From Chlorokybus atmophyticus (Eukaryota > Plantae > Mesostigma and Chlorokybus algae): a DNA stretch of 64,000 nt. Below, piece after piece: positions 16,701-29,295 of this stretch. A model generated the notes under the pieces. The model did not search any database and was not told the origin of the DNA. It worked only from the letters and a program-made list of their open reading frames with translations. Numbering within the stretch: the stretch's first letter is position 1; each line of letters opens with the position of its first letter. The stretch is from NCBI GenBank assembly GCA_009103225.1, contig RHPI01000772.1:561312-625311 (forward strand), in the 5' to 3' direction. The position numbers and the translations under genes are program-made.

Positions 16701-19483
16701 TATATATAACCGCGTGCACGCACGAGAATATCATGCACACGTGTGTAGATGAGCGTGTGACCTGAGTGCCTGGCAGTGCAGTGCATAGTGCGACCAACTA
16801 TGCACCTTGTCTCGGTCGTTGAGTCCAATCCACGACATCGTTACAGTACTAGTTTCGTTTGCAGCCTCATCAGCGGCTTGAGAGTTGACTGTAGCAAGCT
16901 TTGCCTGGTACCCGTCGCACAAAAGTCTTCCATCATCGATTGTGTTGGCTGCAACGTGCACAACACATAAGCTACAACCGACTGGTACAAGCCTTCTTTA
17001 ATTTGAACAGCAGTATCACTGAATGACTCTTGCATTGGTCCGCTGGCAGCGAACACTCACCAGTTAGCTTCCCATACTGGTAGCAGCCGCGGGTGATGTT
17101 GCCAGCAATGGGCACAGACCCTTTAGGGCAGCCGTTGCTGCTGGGAAGGAACTCGCAGAGGTATGAAGGCGACGCCGGGAACTCGCAGTACAGATCTCTC
17201 CAGCTGGCCTCTGCTCGGTCAGTTACGATCATGGCAGCACAGTGTTGGTTCCTTAAATACGGTTCACCATTAGCCACATTCCATGCGAAGTAGTCGATGG
17301 GTGTGCCATCTTGCCAGAAGAAGGCATTGTTGACCTCATCGTAATTATAACCAAACCAAAGGTTGGCGCTATTGGTCTTGCCAATTAACCACACCTGCGA
17401 CAACATACACGCAGCCCAGGACAGCTTTTCGGCACATGTCCAGTGCAATGCCTGTGTGTGCGCGCGTGCATGCATGCGTATATGTGTGTGAACGTGCAAT
17501 GAGCTTCATGCATACTTGCAAAACAATGCAACGCACCTGCTGATTCTCTAACTCGTTGCGAATGGACGCCAGAGTGCCACCGGCAGCTGCGCAGGCAGCA
17601 CTGGCTGCACCCTGGTTGAAGAAGGAGATGTAGGTGAAGCATCGGCCACTACGACTCGAGTCGCGGAACAACCCCTGACATGAGCCTGTACAGATATGAC
17701 TGGTTGTAAAACATGCTGGACAGACCAACTGAACAGCATAACCAATGAAGCCATGCGTTGCTTGCTGCCATGTGCTTTATATATAGATAACTCGGCAGCT
17801 GTGTCGGTTTTACTACAGAGTAAACGACTGTGCTTACATGCGCTGCCAAGACTGGTTCCAGTTGTCGTCACAGACGAGACATACACGTCTCCACAAAGCC
17901 CTTCATTTCCGGCAAAGGCGCTGCAGGTATCATAACGTTGATGGAAGGGTGCAGTTTGACACCGCATAAGCAGCACAACAACAAACTCTAAAGCTACCTT
18001 GCAAGTTTAGGCACTTCCTGAACTGAGCGTGGTAGCGGGCCAAGGAAGTAGTTATTGGACAGATCTCTGTAGACGCAACATCAAGCGGTCACTTTATCGA
18101 AGCAGGTCAAGAACATATACTACAAGTCTGCCACTACACAGTTAGCATGCTCACACAGAATTGAGCTGGGTCAACTGTGAAAGCCCCTCCGGAACCAACC
18201 CTGTGAGGGTGTTCTGCTGCAAGAGCCTGCGTGAACAGTCTGTCAATGTAAAGCCCAAGCATGACGGTTTGCAAAGCGGTTAGCAGTAGCTGTGGACGCA
18301 CAGCTCTGATAGGCTTGTCGCAGCGGGAATGCCCGCAGATATAGCGCCTCGAAAGTCATTGTTGTTCAGCCGTCTGTTGCAGTCTAGGTGAGACTGTGTT
18401 CATCCACAACACCAAGCGTCAACAAAAAGGCACAGTCTTACAGCTGTGTGAGTGCTGATCCCAGAGTGGTAGTCGGCAGCGTGCCACTGAGCTTGTTATT
18501 ACTCAAATCCCTGCAAGACAACCAGTGCCTTACATGCTGTCTACAGATCGGCACATACACGTAGCTATCACACTGCAGCGTACAGAAGTTGAAGCCTAGG
18601 CAGACTCCAGATGGCATCATGAAGATAACCTGTAAGCCTGTTTTGCGACAGGTTGCTGGCAAACCACACACGGAAAAATCAGTAAGCCCTATCAACAACA
18701 TGCAACATTGTTTTATAATACAAGTTTAGCGCAATGCTTACAGCGTGGTGAGACTAGTCAGCTGGGCTAGCGACGACGGTACCCCGGAGTAAAAGGAGTT
18801 TTGACTGAGATCACTGCACACAAACACAGGGTATTGTCACTAACACTGTCATGAGAGTCAAATGCATGCTTCACTACTGCTGCATGCTACCGTACAGTAT
18901 CTGGAGGCTTGACAGTTGGCCAATTTCAGGGCGAATGATCCCGCGAAGCGCAAGGTTGTTCAAATTCCTGAAAACGGAGGTTGTGACTTACTACATAAAG
19001 TGCAGAGTTATATGAAGCATGCACAACAGCCAGCATGTTGATATTCCTTACAACTGCGTGATTTGGCTATTTGCGCACGTCACGTGAGCCCATGACCCAT
19101 CACACGGGTTGCTGGAAGTCCAACTGCTGAGCGCACCAGTGGGATCAGATACAATAAACGACTTGAACAACAGGAGAGCAGCACCTGCAAGGAAACAACA
19201 AAAAGGGTCAACTCTGTCAGACCAGACAACGAGCTCCCAATGCATGCACATGACCATTACTCACCAGCATTGGCTTGTGCTGTCGACAAAGAAGACGCCA
19301 ACAACACACAAAGCTGGAATCAGTGAAAGCAATGGAAACTCGTCCGGTTTTCATGCAAGGGCATGTACTTAGCAAGCACAGGAATCGGTTAGGAATGGAT
19401 TAGCCAAAGAGCTAACCTGAAGTATGAGCAGCTGTGTAGAGAATCGCCAATGTACACAAAAGAAGCGCAGTCAGCTTCCCCAT
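13704..19483 (-). CDS. Receptor-like kinase (RLK/Pelle): signal peptide, LRRNT, 6 LRRs, LRRCT, 2 C-type lectin domains, WSC domain, Pro/Ser linker, TM, RD Ser/Thr kinase
   Basis: Signal [22 protein letters not shown]; LRRNT ([18 protein letters not shown]); six ~72-nt LRR exons (e.g. [21 protein letters not shown]); GNEGLCG; CTLD1 (LWFGY..FFWQDG..YFAW..GEP..HCAAM..WRD.YC); CTLD2 ([23 protein letters not shown]); WSC ([43 protein letters not shown]); [26 protein letters not shown]; kinase [54 protein letters not shown]. Confidence 0.93.
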
Positions 19484-21302
19484 CTAGAGGGATGAACCTG
19501 TTACGGCTGCTTTCACAACTCTTAATCTACTACCACATCACCTGTTGCAAGCAAGCTTTACTTGACATAGGCACGATAAGTAAAGCTTTCTTTGTATGGC
19601 GTTCCTGGCTACACAGTGTGGTTAACTTCTCCAAGACGATTCTTGCGCACAGGCCCTTGACATGACTTAAGGTTGAGTGAAGTATAGTTGTCCTGTCCAG
19701 TATCTACAACAAGAGCGAGGAATTCGTGCTCAGCCAAACTGTAAATGCCCATTAAACAGCTTGGTGAACCCAGCATTGTGCCTACATGCATAATTAACTG
19801 ACGAACACACAGGTCTGCTGGAACCGGAAGCAAGAAAGCATTGATGAATGCATGGACCATTGAACAATACGTCAAGCAAGCAAACCAACAATGCCCTGTC
19901 GGTTGCGATTGGGTAAGGACTCTCACTACGACCGCACATACCAGCCATGCAACACCATTGCACGGAGAGAAGGAAAAAGCCCAGCACACAAAGCTTGATT
20001 TAGGTTGCTTTTCAACTCTAAGCCCCCAAAGCTGCGTATGACAGATGGCAAGGTGGCTTCCAGATTTGCTCTAACTTCACCAGCTTGATGTTACAGTCCC
20101 ATAAGCTGCATAGCAGTTGCAACCAGTACACCAGAGAACCGTAAGAGTGGCGCCCCTGACAAGCTGAGTGACAAAGTGCAAAGGTCACGCATGCAGCTTA
20201 GACTGCATTGCATTTACAGCCACGAAGCAACTTGCAATCGACGCAGGCTTTGCACATCTTCTGAACAACAGGCGTCAATGTTCGGAGAGACAGCAGCAGG
20301 GGCAGCAGTGCCAGCTGACTCAGCACGCACATGTGCTAGTACCCTTCTTCGTACATAATTCCAGCACTAGAATTCTACTGCCGCAACACTAACGTACCTC
20401 TCCTTACCGGCGCACATGAACCTCTCACATACCAGCCCCGCCGCGGCAAACCCCGCTGCCGCCGCCACCACCACCACCACCACCACGTCCACCGCCGCCC
20501 AGTGCACGCCCTCATACACTGCGTGCGATATTGCGCGGTAAAACAAAACAGCGGGTGCCCCGCCGCGGAGGGACGGCGCCTGCCCACAGCGCGCGTCCAC
20601 CGCGAAACATGGCTCGTCGCGTCGCGACGCACTCGACTGCTGGGGACGCGGCCTGAGTTGATCAGATGTTGCGAAATAACAGGAAAGCGAGTTAAAAGCC
20701 TCCTCTTCGAGAGCTCAACAAGCACACCAGTCATGTGACAATTTGCGCGCCAAGGCAGCACGCGCCAGAGCAGGGGTGTGGGCAGTATCGTGCTACCGTA
20801 CTGTAACCGGTAGGCCTTGCCCTAGGCCCGTGCAGCACACCAATGCAGTACTATGGACTGCGAGGAAGTGTCAACGCATCATCAAGCATTGCACACGTAT
20901 TACCTTAAGGTGGACATTTGGCAGACCTGTGCATGCACATAGAGTAGATCAGCAGCAGCCATCTACAACAGCAAGCAATACCTAGGTAGGCTGGCCCGGG
21001 CACTTTGACAACCAACATAACACAACATAACACAAGTGAGCTTGTTTGCTGATAGCAAACACAGTGGCTTGGCATCAGCACAAGCTGCAGCTTATCTACA
21101 AATTCAATCATCAACTATAGAAGTGAGTATGTTATGGTATTGAATTAATGTTTTGTGCCGCATGCGCAAATTAACATCACATGCGCAATAAGGTGTTAAG
21201 TATGAAGGTATAACTTTTTGAATAGAAGTTAAACATACCAATAAAGCAAGAACATCAAAAGCTTGACTAAGACACGTTGCACTGTAATCTGATGCTGAAT
21301 AA

Positions 21303-21350
21303 TTATATATATATATAGTTATATATATATATACATATATGTATATTTAT
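21303..21350. repeat. Imperfect (TA)n tract in an AT-rich intergenic spacer
   Basis: Seen directly. Confidence 0.85.
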
Positions 21351-23546
21351 ATTAGAGGGAGTTCCCAGTTATCCTTGCATCAAATGCAATATAACAGACG
21401 ATAGTATAAAATAGTTATCATGCATGAAAATTTTTATATAGTACTAATTGCAATCTGCATTACACAATAAATTTGTAGCTGCTCTGTTTATAAATGCTCA
21501 TTAGAGTTCATCCAGTACCAATATGAGTGCACCATGACTCGTCGGATATGTCAATATTTGAGAAATTTCTGCAATTGTCGCAAGTGCACCAAATAACAAG
21601 TCCCGTATGAACGTAACTACATCCTGTTTTAGTCGTTTTATTCATGATGATGTATATATACAGAATTCTAACAATAATTATCAATTTCATGTTAAAAGCT
21701 ATTTGTCATCAATTGTGTTGCTTGAGGTGTCACGCGAAGTGATGGCAGTAAAGTTTATCCCATAATTATTCTATCTTCTTATAATTTATATACGCATAAG
21801 TCATATAACATGCCCTTTGCATATTTGAATCATGCCACTTCTGCATCATCTCGTAACATTGATGTAGTTTAATGACATTTGTGCATTATAATGCGATGCA
21901 CACGGCCTGTAATTGCAACAATCGTTATCGCGTGCGACAACTCTTGTACAACACGCGCAATAGTAATGATGTATAACACGCTTGCAATTGTGCTGTATCG
22001 CAACATAATAGCTAAAATACCAAGCATGTAACAATGTCCCGCACTATTGTTATGCAAAAAGTAAATGGAGGGGCCCGTATGCATTACATTAACAATGATT
22101 ACATTCTGTACAAGGGCGCTACCTATCAGTAAACACGGCACGTAACAGGTGCGTCGTAAAGTGCCATTATAGTTAAATGGGATTAAAGTTATGACAAGGT
22201 TGAAGTTAACAGTGGCACCGGTATAGACATGTGCCCACAATACACCTCAACCATGAATGGGGTTTGGTATGTAACGGAAAAAGTATAATATATTCATAGA
22301 CACACGTGTTGTACAAAAGCTTCGTTTTTAAGGCTTCCTGCAAACCATTCGAATTAATGGTTGCTGAACTTATTAAGAAGCATAGGAGGGCACCGCACCC
22401 AGAAATGTATGCAGGCTGTTGATATGGTAATCTTGCAAATCATACGCTTGCAGCTACAGTGACGTTGGGTGTGACGTGTGCGGTGTGTGCCATGGATACA
22501 TTAAATGTGCATTGCATGCAATAATTACTGGGAGCATGCAATAAACATGGCATGAGCATAGCATCATATATGAGCGTTTTGAATCAACTAGTCGACACCA
22601 CTATATCACTATTTTGCATAGATCATATCACTCCGTTCGTCGTGCAAATTAGTATATGCGATTTCACCTGCCCACACGGGCTACTGTCTGTCATTGGGTG
22701 TGAGAGGTGTGACGTGTGTGTGGCGTGTGGATTGTGTATTGCAATAGAGTGCAAAGGAGTATGCTGTGCCAGCAAATCACACACACGGCAATGTATTAGC
22801 CTCATGGATCTGGGGGGTGGATAAAAGTCATAATAAGGATTTGTGTGCAAAAGATGCAGAGGGCACTAAAGGCACAAAACGCGTTAATGTGCACGCTTGC
22901 AAGCACACAGGCAGCAAACCAAACAAGGCACAACACAAGCTGATAATGATTAAGAGCACAATTATCAATAGCAACGGGCTGGTCCAGGCCCCTAAAAACT
23001 GCAACTTGCCAACAACACCAACTATGTGTACAAAAGGTTTATGCCTCATGTGTGTCACCGCGAGATAGAGCAGCGTGTGTATAGTTACCATATATGCAGC
23101 CGCAGCGCATCCTTTCTTACACCCATGGATGCAGAGCATGCTGGACCCGCTAAAGCACTTGAAACCCTCAACCAATGCCGCAGATGAATTGCAAGTCAAC
23201 GGGTCTGAGATGGATGGCGTGATTTGAAACACTTGCTTGACGCACAACTCTTATCTGGCAGCGAAACACATGCATGTGGTTGGAGCTACAGCTGATGTTC
23301 TCACATGAGGGCGCGCTGATGGCAACAGCTCCTGAGGCTTGCCAAAGACAATTGAGAACTGTATATGCACCACAACCCGCTGGTTCTCAAAGTGCTCAAC
23401 TCGTTGCACATTACCCACAAGCGCGGCCAAGCTGCTGGCCTTTTCTTACTTTGCAGCTCATGCTCCATTCTGCAAAAATAAGCGCACTCATGCGCTAGAA
23501 AAATGATGCAGCGAGGCTGCATTTGCCTATCACTACTGCCCTTAAC

Positions 23547-26043
23547 CTAAAGCTTGAGATCCTGGACTGTCTCCCACGTGAAGTCAGGATCGTTGCGGCC
23601 AAAGTGGCCATACGCAGCTGTCTTCTGGTACCGCTTGTTGCCTCCGCGCTTCAAGTCCAAATGGTTGGCAATCATGCCGGGACGGAAGTCAAAGTTCTTC
23701 TTAATAATATCCAAGATCTCAGCGTCAGTTTTTGTGCCAGTGCCGTAGGTATCGACAAACACCGAAAGAGGATCTGGCACGCCAATGGCATAGGACACCT
23801 GTCGCCATCAGCAGGTGTGAGTTGAATACAGCCAGTGTACTCGTTAGCGAGTCCAATGAACGCACGCACAGAGTTGACATGTGTGCTTGTCTATAATCTC
23901 ATGCGAACCTGCACAAGCGCTCGGCGAGCCAGGCCAGCAGCCACTACGCTCTTGGCCGCTTGCCGCACGATATACGCTCCTGAGCGATCAACCTTGGTGG
24001 GATCCTTGCCACTGCAGTTATCAATGCAGAATTCAGTGCACTGACACACGGCGTGCTCAGAAGGTGCTTAGCTCAAAAACAATTACAACCATCAGTACTG
24101 AGCACACAAGTTAGACAAACACTGTAGTGTTGTACAGTGGATGAGATTTTCACACTGGCCACCGCACGTTACCACGACCCACCTGAATGCACCACCTCCG
24201 TGAGCACCCCAACCGCCGTAGGTATCAATAATAATTTTCCTTCCAGTGAGGCCAGCGTCACCATGTGGGCCTCCTATGCAGAAGCGACCGGAGGGGTTGA
24301 AGTGGTAGATGGTTTCCGAGTCTAGATACTGGGCTGGCACAACCGGTTTGACAACATGCTCCATCAGGTCCTTGGCAATCTGCTCGTTCGTGACATCTGG
24401 CGAATGCTGCACATTGCAACACGGCGTTGAGCTCACTTGACGCTCAATAGCACACATAGCGTCAAAGATCTATGCATTGATTGCTGAAGGTAGCCACAAG
24501 CACCTGGGTGGAGATAAGAATGGTGTGCACGCGGCGCGGAACCATCGCTCCACCCTCATTCTTGTAATCAACTGTTACCTGGGTCTTGCCATCCGGTCGA
24601 AGCCAAGCGCAGGTGCCGTTTTTCCTAACCTGCAGGCAGTTATGACAGATGTCGTGTGTGTTGTGTAACGATACAACATTCACCCGCAGGCAACCCGCAC
24701 ACAATAATGTAACACTGCATTGTCATGTGACAATGGCTGCACCTCTGTCAGACGTGCGCCAAGCTTGGTCGCGAGCACGTGCGTGAGAGGCATCAGCTCT
24801 GGAGTCTCGTCCGTGGCGTAGCCAAACATGTGGCCCTGGTCTCCAGCACCTATTTCTTCAGGCTTCTTAGTCCCCAACCCGTGGACACCCTGCCCAATCT
24901 CTGGGCTTTGCTCCTCGAGATGCACAAGCACCTGGTGAATTGCGCTACAGTGAGTGATTGGTGCAACAGCTGTTGTTGGGCTTAAGCATCCAAGCATTCA
25001 ACACTCAACACTCAATGATGCGCATCATTTGACTTGGGTTCCATCAAGCCCATGAGCAACGCACCTGGCACTTATCGCAGTCTAACCCCACGTCATCGGA
25101 GGTGAACCCAATCTCCTTGCAGGTCGCGCGCACAACAGCCTCGTAGTCAACCTTTGCCTTTGAGGTGATCTCCCCAAATACCATCACCATGTTGGTCTTG
25201 GTGCAGGTCTCGCAGGCAACCTATCATGCAGAACAGTCAGGATAACGAGCCAACCCATGCATCCGGGCTTGCAACCACATAAAATATACACTACTCATGT
25301 GACAACATGCACACGAGCATGAACGCATACAAATAAGCACGTGACGCATGCTAACAGTATACTGAGCTACAGCAATTGCCATACTGTGAGCAAAACATGC
25401 CGTACTCACTATGTTGACTTGTCAGTGCATCAATCTCAAGAACCATTACTGAAGGCTGGCTTCGGAAAATAGTAACCCGTGAAAGTTCTAGCAAGAATGA
25501 CTCCTTTCCAAAGCAGGAGCAGCGTCAATCACCATGCCACGCTTTCACACTCCTGGCTCTGTCCGATGAACTTGATGTTTGAACTAAATGCAAGCAACAA
25601 CTGCTGTCGCATGTTATATAACCTGTGTAACCTGTGAGCGCAGTTGTTGCTCATCATACGCCGAGCTGCCAGGTAAACAACATGGGCGCCACTGGTGCTA
25701 CTGTTGGAAGCTTACAGGCGTGCATGACGCTTGTGATGACAAGCGAGAATGATGCCGGCCATTGCATGCGAGTCCAGCTACCCACCACATGCAACATCAA
25801 GTAGCATGCACAGCATTGGGATGGGGAGACAGCTGACAATGTGGGCAAGCAGCATGCACAGCATGCCTCGCCACTAGGCTGGCAAGCTACTGAGAAGTTT
25901 GCACACCGCAATGGCCTCACCTTGGCATCGGGGTCCTGCTCCAGGCACGCATCCAGAATGGCATCAGACACCTGGTCACACAGCTTGTCTGGATGACCTT
26001 CGTTTACAGACTCAGACGTGAAGAGGAACGTGTCGAGCACCAT
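23547..26043 (-). CDS. METK: S-adenosylmethionine synthetase (canonical MAT type), 7 coding exons
   Basis: Motifs [91 protein letters not shown] and [15 protein letters not shown] 5'UTR intron donor sits near 26609. Confidence 0.98.
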
Positions 26044-29000
26044 CGCTGCTGCCAACTGCTACTGCCGTTTCCAGAAAGACTGCAGTCACTGAAAGCCAGC
26101 AACAGTCAATAACCAACAGACACTGTTTGTCTGTATGTACATGCCTCGTGCATTGATCGGTAATCTAGACAAAATTACATGCCTCAAACCGCTCCGTTCG
26201 AAAGCTCTTAACTGCTTGACGCTAATGTGTTGCACTTCTTGACGACTGACACTCAGTGTCATATCTCAGAACCTAGCTATGGACGTGTGTAATGCAAGCA
26301 AAGACAAAACTGCCATTCTCTGCAGCAGCCTATTTGGCAATGCCCGCCCACAGGACAGTCTCAACCGCAAGGCCAATGTTGCCAACCACTCACGACGCTG
26401 CGACCGGAACGCAAGTACGCAGCAGGCAAACATCATCCTCCTGCCAATGCACGCAAAGCAGGCTCCGCAAGCACATCACAAAACGCTGGGTGGGACCCAC
26501 ACCGTGTGGTGCAGCTGCCCGCCATGCCCCTGACTGCACCACGGACGGCCAGCTGGCCATCCCCCCAACGAACCACAACACCCATGAGAACACGACAGCG
26601 GTGCTTACCGTGGCGGTGTCGTGGTTGGCGGCGGCGGTGTCGGCGACAGGGTAGGCGGCAGCCTGCCTGATGGCGACAGCGGCGGCGGAGCGGCGGGACA
26701 AACGGCCGCGGCTAGCACAACTGATAAGCTGTTTGAGGCGCGAATATCAGGTGGGGCAGTTTGTTGCAGCAAATATATCGCAACGAACCCTAACTTCAAC
26801 AGGCTGGCCGCCAGTGTGGTCCAATCATCACGCGCTGCAACGACGGCGACGTCATGTGACTGGGAGAATGTTGTGTTGACGGCGTTCATGACTGAACGCC
26901 GTCATCACAAACGCTGTGATAGCCTTAAATTATGATAGGCCTTGATTGCGGGGGAAAACTTATAATCATTACGACTCATAACACGGTATCATGACCTCCA
27001 TAAATCCATTTACCATGTCACTTCACTCTACTAGGACCTGTTCAACATCATGAGCTATCAACAATTAAACGCAGTGTTCGTGATCAATACATACACAACT
27101 ATGATGCATTTGCATGTACTTGATATTTATTACTTCAAACATGTTATAGTATTAATGGCGTGCAAAGAAGGCTCGATTGCAAGATGTCTCACAGCGGGGG
27201 TGAGTATTTTTGAGCGCGTAAGTGTGTGGGCTAGTGGAGCTGCAGGGCAATATGCTGGGTTTAACACATGTGCACATAGCTGCAGATTCGAAATGCGAGA
27301 GTGGCAGCAACGCCACAATAACTGCTGTTTGGCAATCAAAGAGTGAAGGACCACCCATTTCGTTTTACCCTCAGCTTCAACCTCTCAAACAGTATGGCCT
27401 TGCTGCCACCCTCGCACTAGTTAGCAAGGTCTAACACTGCAGTTACGTGCACATGTTACGAACCCAACATATTGCCTTACAGTCTCCACCGACCCCCACG
27501 CTTACATTCGAAAGTACGCACCCCCTCTATGAGACACATCCTGCAATCGAGGCTTCCTTGCACAACAGTTGTGGACGGCGACAGCTCTCGACACGCACTT
27601 CTCCCTCGCACACTTTAAGCGCCCCCGGCAGTATCCAAGTTGCTTGAACCAGTTTACGCTTAAGCTCAAACACCCTAGCAGCCCATTGACTAGCAGCAGT
27701 AATAAGACCCATCGACACCAACGCTGCAATCGAGCAATGAAAAGGGAGTGAGGGGGGGGGGGGGGGCGCGGCCGACATTGTCAGCTCCTTCAAGCAAACC
27801 CAAAGGCAGCGGTCGGCAGTAAGTTGCAAGTAAGCGGGCTGGCGCGGAAGCGGCCGTGTTACACCTTAGACTGCCGAAAGTCACCATCAGTCTAGGCAAA
27901 CCGCGTGCATGCACGCGGCCTTGAGTGAGAGCTAGACTCAAAAGAGTTGTTTGCCCGAAGTCTTATGTATACCCGCTGTTTCTACTTTTTACCATGTTCT
28001 TGTGTGCCTGCTTTTTCTTGCGCACATTAATGCTAACTTTGTGGCGTGGCCAACACCCTATTGCCTGCGAACTGCATCACCGCCTTCAAGGTTGGAAAGT
28101 TTCCAACGCAGTTCTCAAGTACCGTGAGCTCTTGCATGCCTTGCAAAATCGCACTTTTAACTGTTTGGCATTCATTGGTTCTTGATGGCTAGTGCTTGCA
28201 ATACATAAATTTTCTTCATTTAGCTAAACAAACGAACACAAGTTGATTGGATTATAAATGCGATGATGAGATGTGCTCATCTGTTCGGTTGTGATGTAAA
28301 TATATAATCGTTTCTGCACATAATAGCACGACAAGAATGTATGTGGAAATTGACTCTTCATTAACTTGCATTGTAGAGCTCAAGTTACAATGTAGTCACA
28401 TTGGAATGCTAACTCAGCAACAATTATCCATGTTTATAGCTACCCGTGCACGGATTATAATATTTGCATATTACACATTGTTGTTCATTTCAGTATGGAT
28501 TGCACACAACGAGCAAGTTGTTATCGCAGCACGTAGTTCAGCACCTCACATCATACAAGTTCAAGTGACACTAATATGTCATGCAGATGCGCGTGAGTTG
28601 CCTCAGGAATGTGACGAGTAGTAACGCCTCTTTTAGAGCCGTATGTATTGCTATTTGTGGTAGCCATACTCGTCATTGTTTGCATCGCTATCGTCAATGT
28701 CGTTGTGTTTGGAGGGTAGAGTTTTGGGTGTGGGTACTTGTGTGGTTGTTTGTTACGCTTTGTGGAGTCCGACCTTCCAATGGCATCACCTAGGTACGGT
28801 CAACTAGCAATGGTTCAGGTTGCTACGTGCATCAAGAATGCGTTGGTTGTCATGCTGCAGTGCGTTGTCTGCTGCTGCTGCTGCTGTGTTGTCGTCGTCA
28901 GTCAATCAGCGCTGCCCCTACTGCCATTGCCTGCACTTACTTTGCATTGGGCCCTGAGCCAGCCCCTTGTGGTGTGTATAATTGAATATGTATTGAATAT

Positions 29001-29295
29001 GTATTGCTTGTGTACTGGCTTGGCTTGGGTGTGCAAATGCTGTTGTTGTTGTTGCCAACCAAAGTTGCACTTACCAATACATCATGGTGAGGATGGAGGA
29101 TGGAGGCACTAGTGAGATTGCGTACCAATGTAAACAAGCACTGCGGACAATTTCAGGGCTGCGCTTGATTGCTGTGTCATTATGTAATGCCAATGATAGG
29201 CAGCATGGAGAAGAAGACATGAGCAAAGAATATTTGTTGATTAACTGCAACAATTGTACTTGACAATGTGTCAAATACACTTGTTGTAACAGCCT

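Noticed and set aside
21508-21690. ORF with CTCDNCRN resembling a CXC motif
   Set aside because: Only three cysteines match, in an AT-rich spacer, with no upstream domain; likely chance.
27502-27829. Cys-rich signal-peptide-like ORFs
   Set aside because: They have a non-ATG start or depend on a homopolymer of uncertain length, with no splice or family support.
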